A DNA stretch of 37,751 nucleotides from an uncultured Ruminococcus sp. (GCA_902796205.1 CADBOE010000124.1:1-37751); one strand, 5' to 3'. Shown: positions 8,051 through 15,598, counted from the first letter of the stretch. The notes: generated from the sequence alone by a model not told the origin. Numbers and translations are program-made.

Positions 8051-10051
8051 TCAGCTGATCGCGGCGCCGGTCGGAATATCTCCGTCTACTGTAAGAAGAG
8101 ACAGCTTTTTCCCTTTTGAGGCCGCAAGTATCATTCCCTGCGATTCGATTCCCATGAGGACCGCCGGTTTAAGATTCGTTATAAGAATGACCTTCTTTCC
8201 GGTCATTTCTTCCGGCGAATAATATTTCGCTATTCCGGATACTACCTGCCGCTCCTCGCTTCCGGTTGAAAGAATGAGCTTAAGCAGGCGATCCGACCCT
8301 TCGACCTTTTCCGCGCTTTTCACTTCAGCGACTTTCATCCTGACGCGCGAAAAATCTTCTATCGCGATCAGATTGGCCCCGTCGTTTTTGTCGTCCGCCT
8401 GAGCCTGCTCCTGTCCGCCGGCAGCCGGCGACGTCTGTCCGGCCGCTTTTGCCGCCTGTTCACGTATCCTGTCAAGTTCCTCGAGTTCCTTTTCGGTATC
8501 GATCCTCGGGAACAGGACCTCGCCCTTTTCGACCTTCGTTCCGTCCGGATAGACGCCCCACGACGCCGCGGTCTCCCAGAGCGTGAGTTCGGGTCTGCCG
8601 GCTATGCCGAGCTGCCTCCTGATCTTCGCCGGCGTATCTGGCATGAAGGGCTCGATGAGTATCGAGATGATCCTGATTCCCTCGAGAAGCACGTACATGA
8701 CTCCCGCGAGCCTCGCTCCGGCTTCCGGATCCGTGCCGGCGGTCTTCGCCAGTATCCACGGCGCCGTTTCGTCAATATATTTGTTCAGCCTCGACACGCC
8801 GCGCCAGATCTCGGCAAGCGCGGACGGGAACTGGAGCGCATCCATCTGCGTCTGTACGTTGCCGTAAATATCGGCGAAAAGGTCCCGGATCGTGCCGTCG
8901 ACGTCTTCGAAGCGTTTTCCGGCCGGCTGCACGCCGTCAAAATATTTCAGCTGCATTGACACGGTGCGGGAAACGAGGTTGCCGAGATCGTTGGCAAGAT
9001 CCGCGTTGATCCTTCCGATAAGCGCCTCGTTGGTGAAAATGCCGTCTGCGCCGAAAGGTACCTCGCGGAGAAGAAAATATCTTATGGCGTCGCTTCCGTA
9101 TTTCGCGCAGAGAATCCGCGGGTCGACGACGTTGCCCTTCGATTTTGACATCTTTCCGCCGTCGATCAGCAGCCAGCCGTGACCGTATACCTGTTCGGGC
9201 AGCGGCAGATCGAGCGCCATCAGCAGCGCCGGCCAGATGATCGTGTGGAAGCGGACGATCTCCTTGCCCACCAGATGTACCTGCGCCGGCCAGTATTTTC
9301 TGAATTTGCTGTCGTCCTCTCCGCCGTATCCGAGCGCGGTGATGTAGTTTGACAGCGCGTCGACCCAGACGTAAACGACGTGTTTTTCGTCAAACGTGAC
9401 GGGAATTCCCCAGTCGAACGACGTTCTTGAAACGCAAAGGTCTTCGAGACCGGGCCTGAGGAAGTTGTTGAGCATCTCGTTTTTGCGCGATACGGGCTGA
9501 ATGAAGTCCGGGTGGCTCTCTATGTAGTCAATTAGTCTCTGCTGATATTTTGAGAGTCTGAAGAAATAGCTCTCCTCCCGCGTGCGCTCAACAGGCCTGC
9601 CGCAGTCCGGGCATTTCCCGTCGGCGAGCTGCGTCTCGGTCCAGAACGATTCGCACGGCGTGCAGTACCAGCCTTCGTATTCGCTTTTGTAAATGTCGCC
9701 CTGATCGTACAGGCGCTTGAATATTTTCTGTACGGCTTTTACGTGAAAATCGTCCGTGGTGCGTATGAACTGGTCGTTCGTAACGTTCATGAGCTTCCAC
9801 AGCTCTTTTGTGTCGGCAACGATCCTGTCAACGTATTCCTTCGGCGTCACGCCTTTTTCGGCCGCTTTGCGCTGTATTTTCTGGCCGTGTTCGTCAGTGC
9901 CGGTGAGGAACATGACGTCGTACCCTTTAAGCCTTCTGTATCTCGCTTCCGCATCCGCGGCAACCGTCGTATATGAATGCCCGATATGCATGTTTCCGCT
10001 CGGGTAATAAATCGGTGTAGTGATGTAATAAGTTTTTCTCTCTTCTGCCAT
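8051..10051 (-). CDS. metG: Methionine--tRNA ligase with C-terminal tRNA-binding (Trbp111/EMAP-like) domain
   Basis: HIGH motif (GNMHIGHSYT), KMSKS motif (GGKMSKSKGN) and a zinc knuckle CTPCESFW...CPDCGRP. The C-terminus is ...VSGIAKYYSPEEMTGKKVILITNLKPAVLMGIESQGMILAA. RBS GGGGAGG precedes the start. Confidence 0.96.
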   Translation of the reverse strand: MAEERKTYYITTPIYYPSGNMHIGHSYTTVAADAEARYRRLKGYDVMFLTGTDEHGQKIQRKAAEKGVTPKEYVDRIVADTKELWKLMNVTNDQFIRTTDDFHVKAVQKIFKRLYDQGDIYKSEYEGWYCTPCESFWTETQLADGKCPDCGRPVERTREESYFFRLSKYQQRLIDYIESHPDFIQPVSRKNEMLNNFLRPGLEDLCVSRTSFDWGIPVTFDEKHVVYVWVDALSNYITALGYGGEDDSKFRKYWPAQVHLVGKEIVRFHTIIWPALLMALDLPLPEQVYGHGWLLIDGGKMSKSKGNVVDPRILCAKYGSDAIRYFLLREVPFGADGIFTNEALIGRINADLANDLGNLVSRTVSMQLKYFDGVQPAGKRFEDVDGTIRDLFADIYGNVQTQMDALQFPSALAEIWRGVSRLNKYIDETAPWILAKTAGTDPEAGARLAGVMYVLLEGIRIISILIEPFMPDTPAKIRRQLGIAGRPELTLWETAASWGVYPDGTKVEKGEVLFPRIDTEKELEELDRIREQAAKAAGQTSPAAGGQEQAQADDKNDGANLIAIEDFSRVRMKVAEVKSAEKVEGSDRLLKLILSTGSEERQVVSGIAKYYSPEEMTGKKVILITNLKPAVLMGIESQGMILAASKGKKLSLLTVDGDIPTGAAIS

Positions 10052-10102
10052 GTCAGATTACCTCCCCGCCGGCAACGTCAATTATCGGCCGCCGTTGTAC
10101 GG

Positions 10103-10131
10103 ATTCTATCATTTATCGAGCTTTTTTTCAA
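10103..10131 (-). promoter_or_regulatory. SigA-type promoter of metG: TTGAAA-17 nt-TAGAAT with extended -10 TG
   Basis: The minus strand reads TTGAAAaaaagctcgataaaTGaTAGAAT. The -35 is at 10131-10126 and the -10 at 10108-10103. The leader to the ATG is about 45 nt and ends in GGGGAGG. Confidence 0.6.
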
Positions 10132-10158
10132 TGGGCGGGCGGCGGCGGAATCGAGCGG

Positions 10159-10396
10159 CGGCAACGGGGGACAGACCCGTGTTTCAAGGGAGCGGCAACC
10201 GGGGACAGACCAGTGTTTCAAGGGAGCGGCAACCGGGGACAGACCTGGGTTTCAGGGTGGCGGCAACCGGGGACAGACCAGTGTTTCAAGGGAGCGGCAA
10301 CCGGAGACAGACCTGGGTTTCAAGAGAGCGGCAACCGGGGACAGACTTAGGTTTTGGGGTGGCGGCAACGGGGGACAGACCCGTGTTTCGGCTTGG
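10159..10396 (-). repeat. Perfectly phased tandem array, 7 x 34 bp, unit CGGCAACCGGGGACAGACC(A/T)G(T/G)GTTTCAAGGGAG. It contains the REP-like A core in reverse orientation on the + strand.
   Basis: Units read directly: 10159-10192, 10193-10226, 10227-10260, 10261-10294, 10295-10328, 10329-10362 and 10363-10396. There is no unique spacer sequence between units. The array lies between the 3' end of the polyferredoxin gene and the metG promoter. Confidence 0.95.
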
Positions 10397-11222
10397 ATTC
10401 CGGAGATGAAATGCCGATCTTCAAGGCGCCGCGAGGACAATTGATCACGCACTTTCCACATCGGATACATTCGGGATCCGCCGGAGAAGAAACCGGATCG
10501 ACGCACATGTCGCAGACGCGAGAACATTGGCCGCAGCCGATACATTTTCCGGAATCAACGTTCATACGGATGAGGGATATCTTATTGAAGGGAGCGTACA
10601 GTGCGCCGAGCGGGCAAAGATATTTGCAAAACGGTCTGGCGATCAGGATTGAAAGCAGGACGACGGACGTCAGTATTGCCGCCTTGAACATAAACTGACC
10701 GCCGAATAGTTTTCCGATCGACGAATCGGCAACGCCGAGCAAAATACCGGAAAGGGTCCCGGACGGGCAGAGATATTTGCAGAATACCGGTATCAATTTA
10801 AAAAATACAGGCAGTACTATTACCGTCAGAATCAGCACCGCGTATTTTACCTTTCTGAGAAGCCGGTCTCCTTTAAACGACTTTATCTTTTTTACAAACG
10901 GGATCTTGTAAAGCAGGTCCTGCAAAAGGCCGAACGGGCAAAGAAAGCCGCAGACCGTACGGCCAAGCAGGACGCCGAAAAAAATCAGAAGTCCGAGCAC
11001 GTAGTATGGAAACTTGAACGTCCTGCTTCCGAGAAACGTCTGTAACGATCCGATCGGGCAGGCGCCGATCGCGCCGGGACACGAATAGCAATTAAGCCCG
11101 GGAACGCAGATTCCTTTTGACGCTCCGTCAAAGGGTTTTCCTGTGAAAAAGCCTTTCAGATTAGCGTTCTGCAAAACAGCCGCTATTCCCTGAAAGGCCA
11201 GTCTGTATCTGAAAAAAAACAT
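10347..11222 (-). CDS. NapH/MauN/CcoG-type integral-membrane polyferredoxin (4Fe-4S binding protein)
   Basis: N-terminal CYSCPGAIGAC. Three CxxxCP motifs flank TM segments (CGFLCPFG, CKYLCPSG, CKYLCPLG). Two C-terminal ferredoxin motifs are CIGCGQCSRVC and CIRCGKCVINCP. The start is uncertain: ATG 11222 has no clear SD, an in-frame TTG lies at 11354, and the longest ORF start (11471) overlaps the upstream micro-ORF. The last ~15 codons lie in the 34-bp array. Confidence 0.8.
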   Translation of the reverse strand: MFFFRYRLAFQGIAAVLQNANLKGFFTGKPFDGASKGICVPGLNCYSCPGAIGACPIGSLQTFLGSRTFKFPYYVLGLLIFFGVLLGRTVCGFLCPFGLLQDLLYKIPFVKKIKSFKGDRLLRKVKYAVLILTVIVLPVFFKLIPVFCKYLCPSGTLSGILLGVADSSIGKLFGGQFMFKAAILTSVVLLSILIARPFCKYLCPLGALYAPFNKISLIRMNVDSGKCIGCGQCSRVCDMCVDPVSSPADPECIRCGKCVINCPRGALKIGISSPESKPKHGSVPRCRHPKT

Positions 11223-11255
11223 GCGCTGGTAAGACGGGCGCTTTTTGAAGACTGA

Positions 11256-11339
11256 TTCGACGTTATCCGACTCTGCTTCGACGTTTTCCGACCCGGCTTC
11301 GACGTTTTTCGACCCGGCTTCGACGTTTTTCGACCCGGA
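11256..11339 (-). repeat. 4 x 21 bp tandem repeat (TTCGACGTTTTTCGACCCGGC on the + strand), in frame with the polyferredoxin ORF, where it reads (GSKNVEA)n
   Basis: Units at 11256-11276, 11277-11297, 11298-11318 and 11319-11339. The two central units differ at one position. Confidence 0.9.
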
Positions 11340-11370
11340 GCGGTCACTTTCCAATGTAATTCTGCCGCGT

Positions 11371-11511
11371 CTACCCAATTCCGATACACTCCAGACAGAT
11401 CCGCGAAGCCTTTTCAAAAACAGAAACGAATTGGCCGCTGAAAATGCCGGCGGCGACCAATATCGTTGCAAGCGTCAATGCAGCGGCAATTACTGCGATT
11501 CTTTTTTTCAT
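11371..11511 (-). CDS. 46-aa membrane-anchored CXXC micro-protein, not in the supplied ORF track: MKKRIAVIAAALTLATILVAAGIFSGQFVSVFEKASRICLECIGIG
   Basis: I translated it by hand from the minus strand. Its ATG (11511-11509) overlaps the TGA of the upstream thioredoxin gene as ATGA, which suggests translational coupling. It has a KKR N-terminus, a ~20-aa hydrophobic helix and a C-terminal CLEC motif 4 residues from the stop (TAG 11373-11371). From memory it resembles small 'CXXC motif-containing' proteins annotated next to such genes in Clostridia. Confidence 0.6.
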   Translation of the reverse strand: MKKRIAVIAAALTLATILVAAGIFSGQFVSVFEKASRICLECIGIG

Positions 11512-12149
11512 TTCAGAAACAATTTAACGATTGCTTCCCATCCGGAATAGTTTTTCAAGCCGACTACAGGATCCGGAGAAAGAAGATTTCCGTTGGCATC
11601 AATAAAATACGTCGTCGGCACGGCGTAAGGCGAGTATTTTTCAAGCCCGCCACCGCACCGCACGATCGGATATGTGATTTCCGCCGAATCAATGATATCC
11701 CTGACGTCGGCATCAGAACCGCGCGTCGAAAAAACGCCGATAATGACCAGCCCGTCTTTCGAATAATCCTTGTACAGCCTTGCGAGATCGGGCATTTCCC
11801 TGATGCACGGACCGCACCACGGTTCCCAGTAATTGACCATAACGATTTTCGCGTCCGAAAAATCAGACAGGCTGACCTCGTTTCCATCGACGTCCTCCGA
11901 TACGAACCAGAACGGCCCGCGGCCCTCCTGGCCGCCGCCGTCTGCCGGGGAAGACGCGGAAGGATCCGCCGTCCCGGAAGAATTGTCAGCCTGAATCTGA
12001 TCAATAAGGCCTTCAAATTCCTCGTTCCACCCTGCAAGCCAGCCGTTAAGTTTTCCGCAGCCGGAAAAACAAATCAGGCAACAAGCGGACAGAACGGCAG
12101 CCGCGACGGGAATCAGTATCATTTTCCGCAAATTCCCCGAATATTTCAT
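11508..12149 (-). CDS. TlpA/ResA-like thiol-disulfide oxidoreductase lipoprotein (thioredoxin fold)
   Basis: Signal peptide with lipobox (LICFSGC). Classical active site WEPWCGPC. Downstream thioredoxin-fold context is GLVIIGVF...YPIV....VPTTYFIDANGNL. An alternative start is the ATG at 12122. Confidence 0.85.
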   Translation of the reverse strand: MKYSGNLRKMILIPVAAAVLSACCLICFSGCGKLNGWLAGWNEEFEGLIDQIQADNSSGTADPSASSPADGGGQEGRGPFWFVSEDVDGNEVSLSDFSDAKIVMVNYWEPWCGPCIREMPDLARLYKDYSKDGLVIIGVFSTRGSDADVRDIIDSAEITYPIVRCGGGLEKYSPYAVPTTYFIDANGNLLSPDPVVGLKNYSGWEAIVKLFLK

Positions 12150-12227
12150 ATCTGAAATCTCATCTGAAACCTCATCCGAATCGTTCCGGCCTGCGGCCGT
12201 AACTGCAAAGCGGATTCTTCAACGTTG

Positions 12228-13223
12228 TCACGAGGCGCCGCCGCCGATGAGAGCGCCGAACGACTCCTCAAGAATTTTGACAAGACTATCGACAAATTCA
12301 TCAAGCGTGATCGATTTTTCTTCCTTAACTCCGTCGGTGGAAGCCTTCTCGGTAGAAATCGTAAGACTGCCGCTTTCGTCGGTAATGGTGATTTTTACTA
12401 CTCCGTCAATTTCAGAGAAAACGACGGTCCCCGCCCTTTCCTTGATGTCGGCGTCGTCAACCGTTAAATTCTTGAATGAATCGATAATAGAATTTTTCAA
12501 TTCGCCGATATCGTTCAGATTCATGTTCTTTTCGATCTCCGCGCCGAAATCCATGCCGGTGGCCTCTGACATCGTTTTAATAATCTCCGAATCTTTCAGC
12601 TCGTCTTTAAGCTTCGTGAGCATGTAATTCACGAGTCCTACCGTTCCGTCGGCAACTTTACCGGCATTGTCCTCTACGTATTTTTTAAGCTTTTCAAACG
12701 CGGCTTTGGAGTCTTCCACGGAAAACTTGTATTCGTAAGTATAAGTTTTCGTTTCTTCGTCATACTTTCCGGCTTCCATTTTTTCTTCGTAGCTTTCAAG
12801 AATCAACGAATACAAGCCGTTCATAAACTCGGTAAGAGCGGCAAATCCATCGCTTTTGACGAACGCATCGGGAAGTTCAAGAAACTCGCTGCCGTTCAGA
12901 TCAATGAGCGGATTCCCGTTTTGCGGGTTATCAATCGCGCCTGCGGGAACAAAAACTTTGTCGCCGATCCTGATGAAATCATACTCGGCAATATCTTTTA
13001 CGCTTTCAGAAACGAGCTTGACCTCCGAGAGAGCTTTTTTCTCAGCCTCTTCGCCGGCCTTTGCCAGGCTTGAAAATTTATCGTTAACAATGGTTTTGGC
13101 TTTGCTCATAACTTCTGACTTGCCCGGAACTTTAAGAGCCTTGCTGCATCCGGTGAAAGCAACCGACATCATCATAACGACGGCAACGGCGACAGCAATG
13201 ATTTTAAAACTGTTCTTTTTCAT
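12228..13223 (-). CDS. Orphan lipoprotein, Lys/Glu/Asp-rich, no family recognised
   Basis: Strong RBS AAAGGAGGAAAAGACC before the ATG. Signal peptide plus lipobox MKKNSFKIIAVAVAVVMMMSVAFTGC. It lies 78 nt upstream of, and on the same strand as, the TlpA-like gene. It is visibly more AT-rich than neighbouring genes. Confidence 0.8.
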   Translation of the reverse strand: MKKNSFKIIAVAVAVVMMMSVAFTGCSKALKVPGKSEVMSKAKTIVNDKFSSLAKAGEEAEKKALSEVKLVSESVKDIAEYDFIRIGDKVFVPAGAIDNPQNGNPLIDLNGSEFLELPDAFVKSDGFAALTEFMNGLYSLILESYEEKMEAGKYDEETKTYTYEYKFSVEDSKAAFEKLKKYVEDNAGKVADGTVGLVNYMLTKLKDELKDSEIIKTMSEATGMDFGAEIEKNMNLNDIGELKNSIIDSFKNLTVDDADIKERAGTVVFSEIDGVVKITITDESGSLTISTEKASTDGVKEEKSITLDEFVDSLVKILEESFGALIGGGAS

Positions 13224-13362
13224 GGTCTTTTCCTCCTTTGCAGGAACCGATCCTCACCCGTCCGGCCGATTCCGTAAATAAATCTGACAATAAAACTTGT
13301 TTTCAACGGTCCGGAACGTCCTGCGCCCGTAATGATACCACTTAGGCTTCGCAAAATCAAGT

Positions 13363-13401
13363 GAAAGTGTTCGCGGAAAGTGTTCGCGTGAAAGTGTTCG
13401 A
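13363..13401. repeat. 3 x 13 bp tandem repeat GAAAGTGTTCGCG, followed by 2 x CCCGTTTGGT, about 140-180 bp upstream of the orphan lipoprotein gene
   Basis: Copies at 13363-13375, 13376-13388 and 13390-13401 (the third has a 1-nt offset and ends in GA). CCCGTTTGGT is duplicated at about 13408-13430. Confidence 0.8.
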
Positions 13402-13548
13402 AGCTCACCCGTTTGGTCGCCCGTTTGGTTTCCAGAGAGAACGCAAAACAAGCGCGCAAAAGCCGAAACGAATCATGTCGATAAACGTCGATTTTTGTCG
13501 AAAACAATACGTAACCTCTCTTCTGCCGCATGAACCCTCAACGGGCGG

Positions 13549-13729
13549 GCAACGGGGGACAGACCCCGGTTTCAGCACAGTTCTCAATCAGGGTAACGTA
13601 CCGGCCTTCACCCCGGGAAGCACGCAGCGCCAACGCTTTTTACGAATTATTTCCCGTTATTTCCCGAAACCTGCAGAACCTGCAACCGGGGACAGACCCG
13701 CATTGCAACGGGGGACAGACCCGCATTTC
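13549..13729 (-). repeat. Three copies of REP-like A (reverse orientation on the + strand) in the 649-bp divergent intergenic region
   Basis: Copies at 13549-13573 (GCAACGGGGGACAGACCCCGGTTTC), 13681-13703 and 13704-13729 (TGCAACCGGGGACAGACCCGCAT / TGCAACGGGGGACAGACCCGCATTTC, directly abutting). Confidence 0.9.
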
Positions 13730-13872
13730 AAGCATTTCAAGCCTGCGTTTCGCACCTTGCAAAGGAGGCGCCCCGGTGGTATTATTCACCCGTTGACCTC
13801 CCCGCCGGCCGGACAGGCAAAAGCGACGGTTGGCGGCGATGCAGCAATAACGAAGAACGGAAGACCGGCATT

Positions 13873-14772
13873 ATGAAATTGACATTCCTCGGCACCGGGG
13901 CGGCTGACTGGGACATAAACGCGTTTGCACCGGGCGTCGAATTCAGAAGATTCTCCTCGGCGCTCGTTAACGACGACCTGCTCATCGACCCGGGCCCGCA
14001 TATTTTTCACTTTGCGCAATACAACGGCACTCCGGAAATGTTCCGGAACGTCAGAAATATCATCGTCACCCACACCCATTCCGACCATTTCTGCATTGAC
14101 ACGGTCGAAAAGCTCTGCGTCGGCACGGACGTGACGCTCTGGGGCGATCCGGCCTGTCTCCGGAAGCTGCTGAAGCATTCCGGACCTGAAAAAACCGGAA
14201 AAATGCATATAAAGGAATTCGGAAGCCCGTCGGGCGACCCGTACTCGATCGGCGGATACGAGATCTGGCCGCTTCGAAGCAATCACGAAACCGAAGATCT
14301 CGAGGAGATTACGCGACTCTATCTTATCGGGCAGACTCCGGAGCACGCGGGCGGCGGCGAAAACAGCAAAAACGGCGAAAGCGGCAACAACAGCGAAAGC
14401 AGCAACAGCGGCGAAAACGGAGAAACACGCAAAAACGGCGAAGCGCTCCTTCTTTATTACGGCTGCGACAGCTCATGGATCCCCACCGCCTCGTGGAACG
14501 TCATCAAAAACAAGCCGGTCAACGCGATGGTTCTGGAACTCACGTGCGGAACGGCCGCGCCGAACGACTGGCGGATTTTCGAGCACAACACGCTCGAAAT
14601 GCTCGAATTGATGCTCAAAACGTTCCGGAAATACAACTACTTCGCTCCGGACGTGAGATATTACGTATCTCACATGGCGCGCACGCTTCACGCGGGCCAT
14701 TCCGAGCTGAAGAAAGAGCTTGAGCCGCTTGGCGTGACCCCCGCCTACGACGGACTAACCGTCACGATCTGA
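13873..14772 (+). CDS. MBL-fold metallo-hydrolase with a ~30-aa low-complexity insertion
   Basis: HxHxDH motif (VTHTHSDHF). The N-terminus MKLTFLGTGAA is typical of the fold. The insert is GGGENSKNGESGNNSESSNSGENGETRKNGE. Confidence 0.8.
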   Translation: MKLTFLGTGAADWDINAFAPGVEFRRFSSALVNDDLLIDPGPHIFHFAQYNGTPEMFRNVRNIIVTHTHSDHFCIDTVEKLCVGTDVTLWGDPACLRKLLKHSGPEKTGKMHIKEFGSPSGDPYSIGGYEIWPLRSNHETEDLEEITRLYLIGQTPEHAGGGENSKNGESGNNSESSNSGENGETRKNGEALLLYYGCDSSWIPTASWNVIKNKPVNAMVLELTCGTAAPNDWRIFEHNTLEMLELMLKTFRKYNYFAPDVRYYVSHMARTLHAGHSELKKELEPLGVTPAYDGLTVTI

Positions 14773-14791
14773 CCAGGGAGAGACGAGGACA

Positions 14792-15598
14792 ATGAAAGAA
14801 AAAACCGGAATCATAAACATGCATACGCACATTTTCCCCGCGAAGATCGAGGAAAAGGCCGTCGACACCATCGGAAAATTTTACGATATACCGATGCAGA
14901 ACAAGGGCACCTCTGAATACCTCATAGAAGACGGTGCGACGATCGGAGTCGAAAAATTCCTCGTGTGTTCCACGGCGACAACGGCGCATCAGGTCGAGTC
15001 GATCGACAATTTCGTTGCCCGCGAATGCGCCGCGCACCCGGAATTCATCGGATTCGGCTCCATCCACCCGGATTACGAAAATATCGCGGGAGAGATCGAC
15101 CGGATGATCGGACTCGGGCTGAAAGGCATCAAGCTTCACCCGGACTTCCAGAAATTCAACATTGACGACGAAAGCGCGTTCCCGATATACGAAGCGGCCG
15201 AGGGAAGGCTTCCGGTTCTTTTCCACACCGGCGACGACCGGTATGATTTTTCGGATCCAAGGCGACTTCGCAAGATCATGGACCGCTTTCCGAAGCTGAT
15301 CGCGATCGCGGCGCACCTCGGCGGCTACCGGGACTGGGACGCTGCGAAGGTCAATTACGGCGACCCGAGAATATATATCGACACGTCAAGCTCGCTCATG
15401 TTCGTCGACCCCGACGAGGCTGTCGGCATCATCCGCGCGCACGGCGTTGGCAACGTGTTTTTCGGCACCGACTCCCCAATGTGGAACCACCGCGGCGAAT
15501 TCGAAAGGTTCACGTCCCTTCCGCTCACCGGCGAAGAAAGAAAGGCGATACTGAGAGACAACGCGCTCGCGTTTTTGAAAAATCACACGCCGGCTTGA
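14792..15598 (+). CDS. Amidohydrolase-2 / TIM-barrel metal-dependent hydrolase family protein
   Basis: Motifs NMHTHIFP, KGIKLHP, VLFHTGD, AAHLGG and FFGTDSPMW match the metal-ligand pattern of COG2159-type hydrolases. It starts 19 nt after the MBL gene, so the two are likely co-transcribed. Confidence 0.8.
   Translation: MKEKTGIINMHTHIFPAKIEEKAVDTIGKFYDIPMQNKGTSEYLIEDGATIGVEKFLVCSTATTAHQVESIDNFVARECAAHPEFIGFGSIHPDYENIAGEIDRMIGLGLKGIKLHPDFQKFNIDDESAFPIYEAAEGRLPVLFHTGDDRYDFSDPRRLRKIMDRFPKLIAIAAHLGGYRDWDAAKVNYGDPRIYIDTSSSLMFVDPDEAVGIIRAHGVGNVFFGTDSPMWNHRGEFERFTSLPLTGEERKAILRDNALAFLKNHTPA

Noticed and set aside
10052-10158. A T-box or other riboswitch leader upstream of metG
   Set aside because: The predicted promoter leaves only a ~45-nt leader. 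There is no specifier loop, no T-box sequence and no terminator/antiterminator pair.
10159-10396. The regularly spaced 34-bp repeats looked CRISPR-like at first glance
   Set aside because: The period equals the repeat length (7 x 34 = 238 bp exactly), so there are no unique spacers. The units belong to a dispersed repeat family found at four other loci. No cas genes or leader are present in the window.
11223-11471. The longest-ORF start (TTG 11471) for the polyferredoxin
   Set aside because: It would overlap the CXXC micro-ORF by about 100 nt in another frame, and it encodes non-membrane, non-conserved-looking sequence. The start remains uncertain between 11354 and 11222 (see findings).
13755-13810. 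Two opposed strong SD-like sequences (AAAGGAGG on the + strand, GGGGAGG on the - strand) with mini-ORFs: MVLFTR-stop on the + strand, and a ~48-codon ORF through the repeats on the - strand
   Set aside because: The + strand ORF is only 6 codons. The - strand ORF is composed of REP-like repeat translation. The two SD-like strings may simply pair as a hairpin. There is no evidence for a leader peptide.
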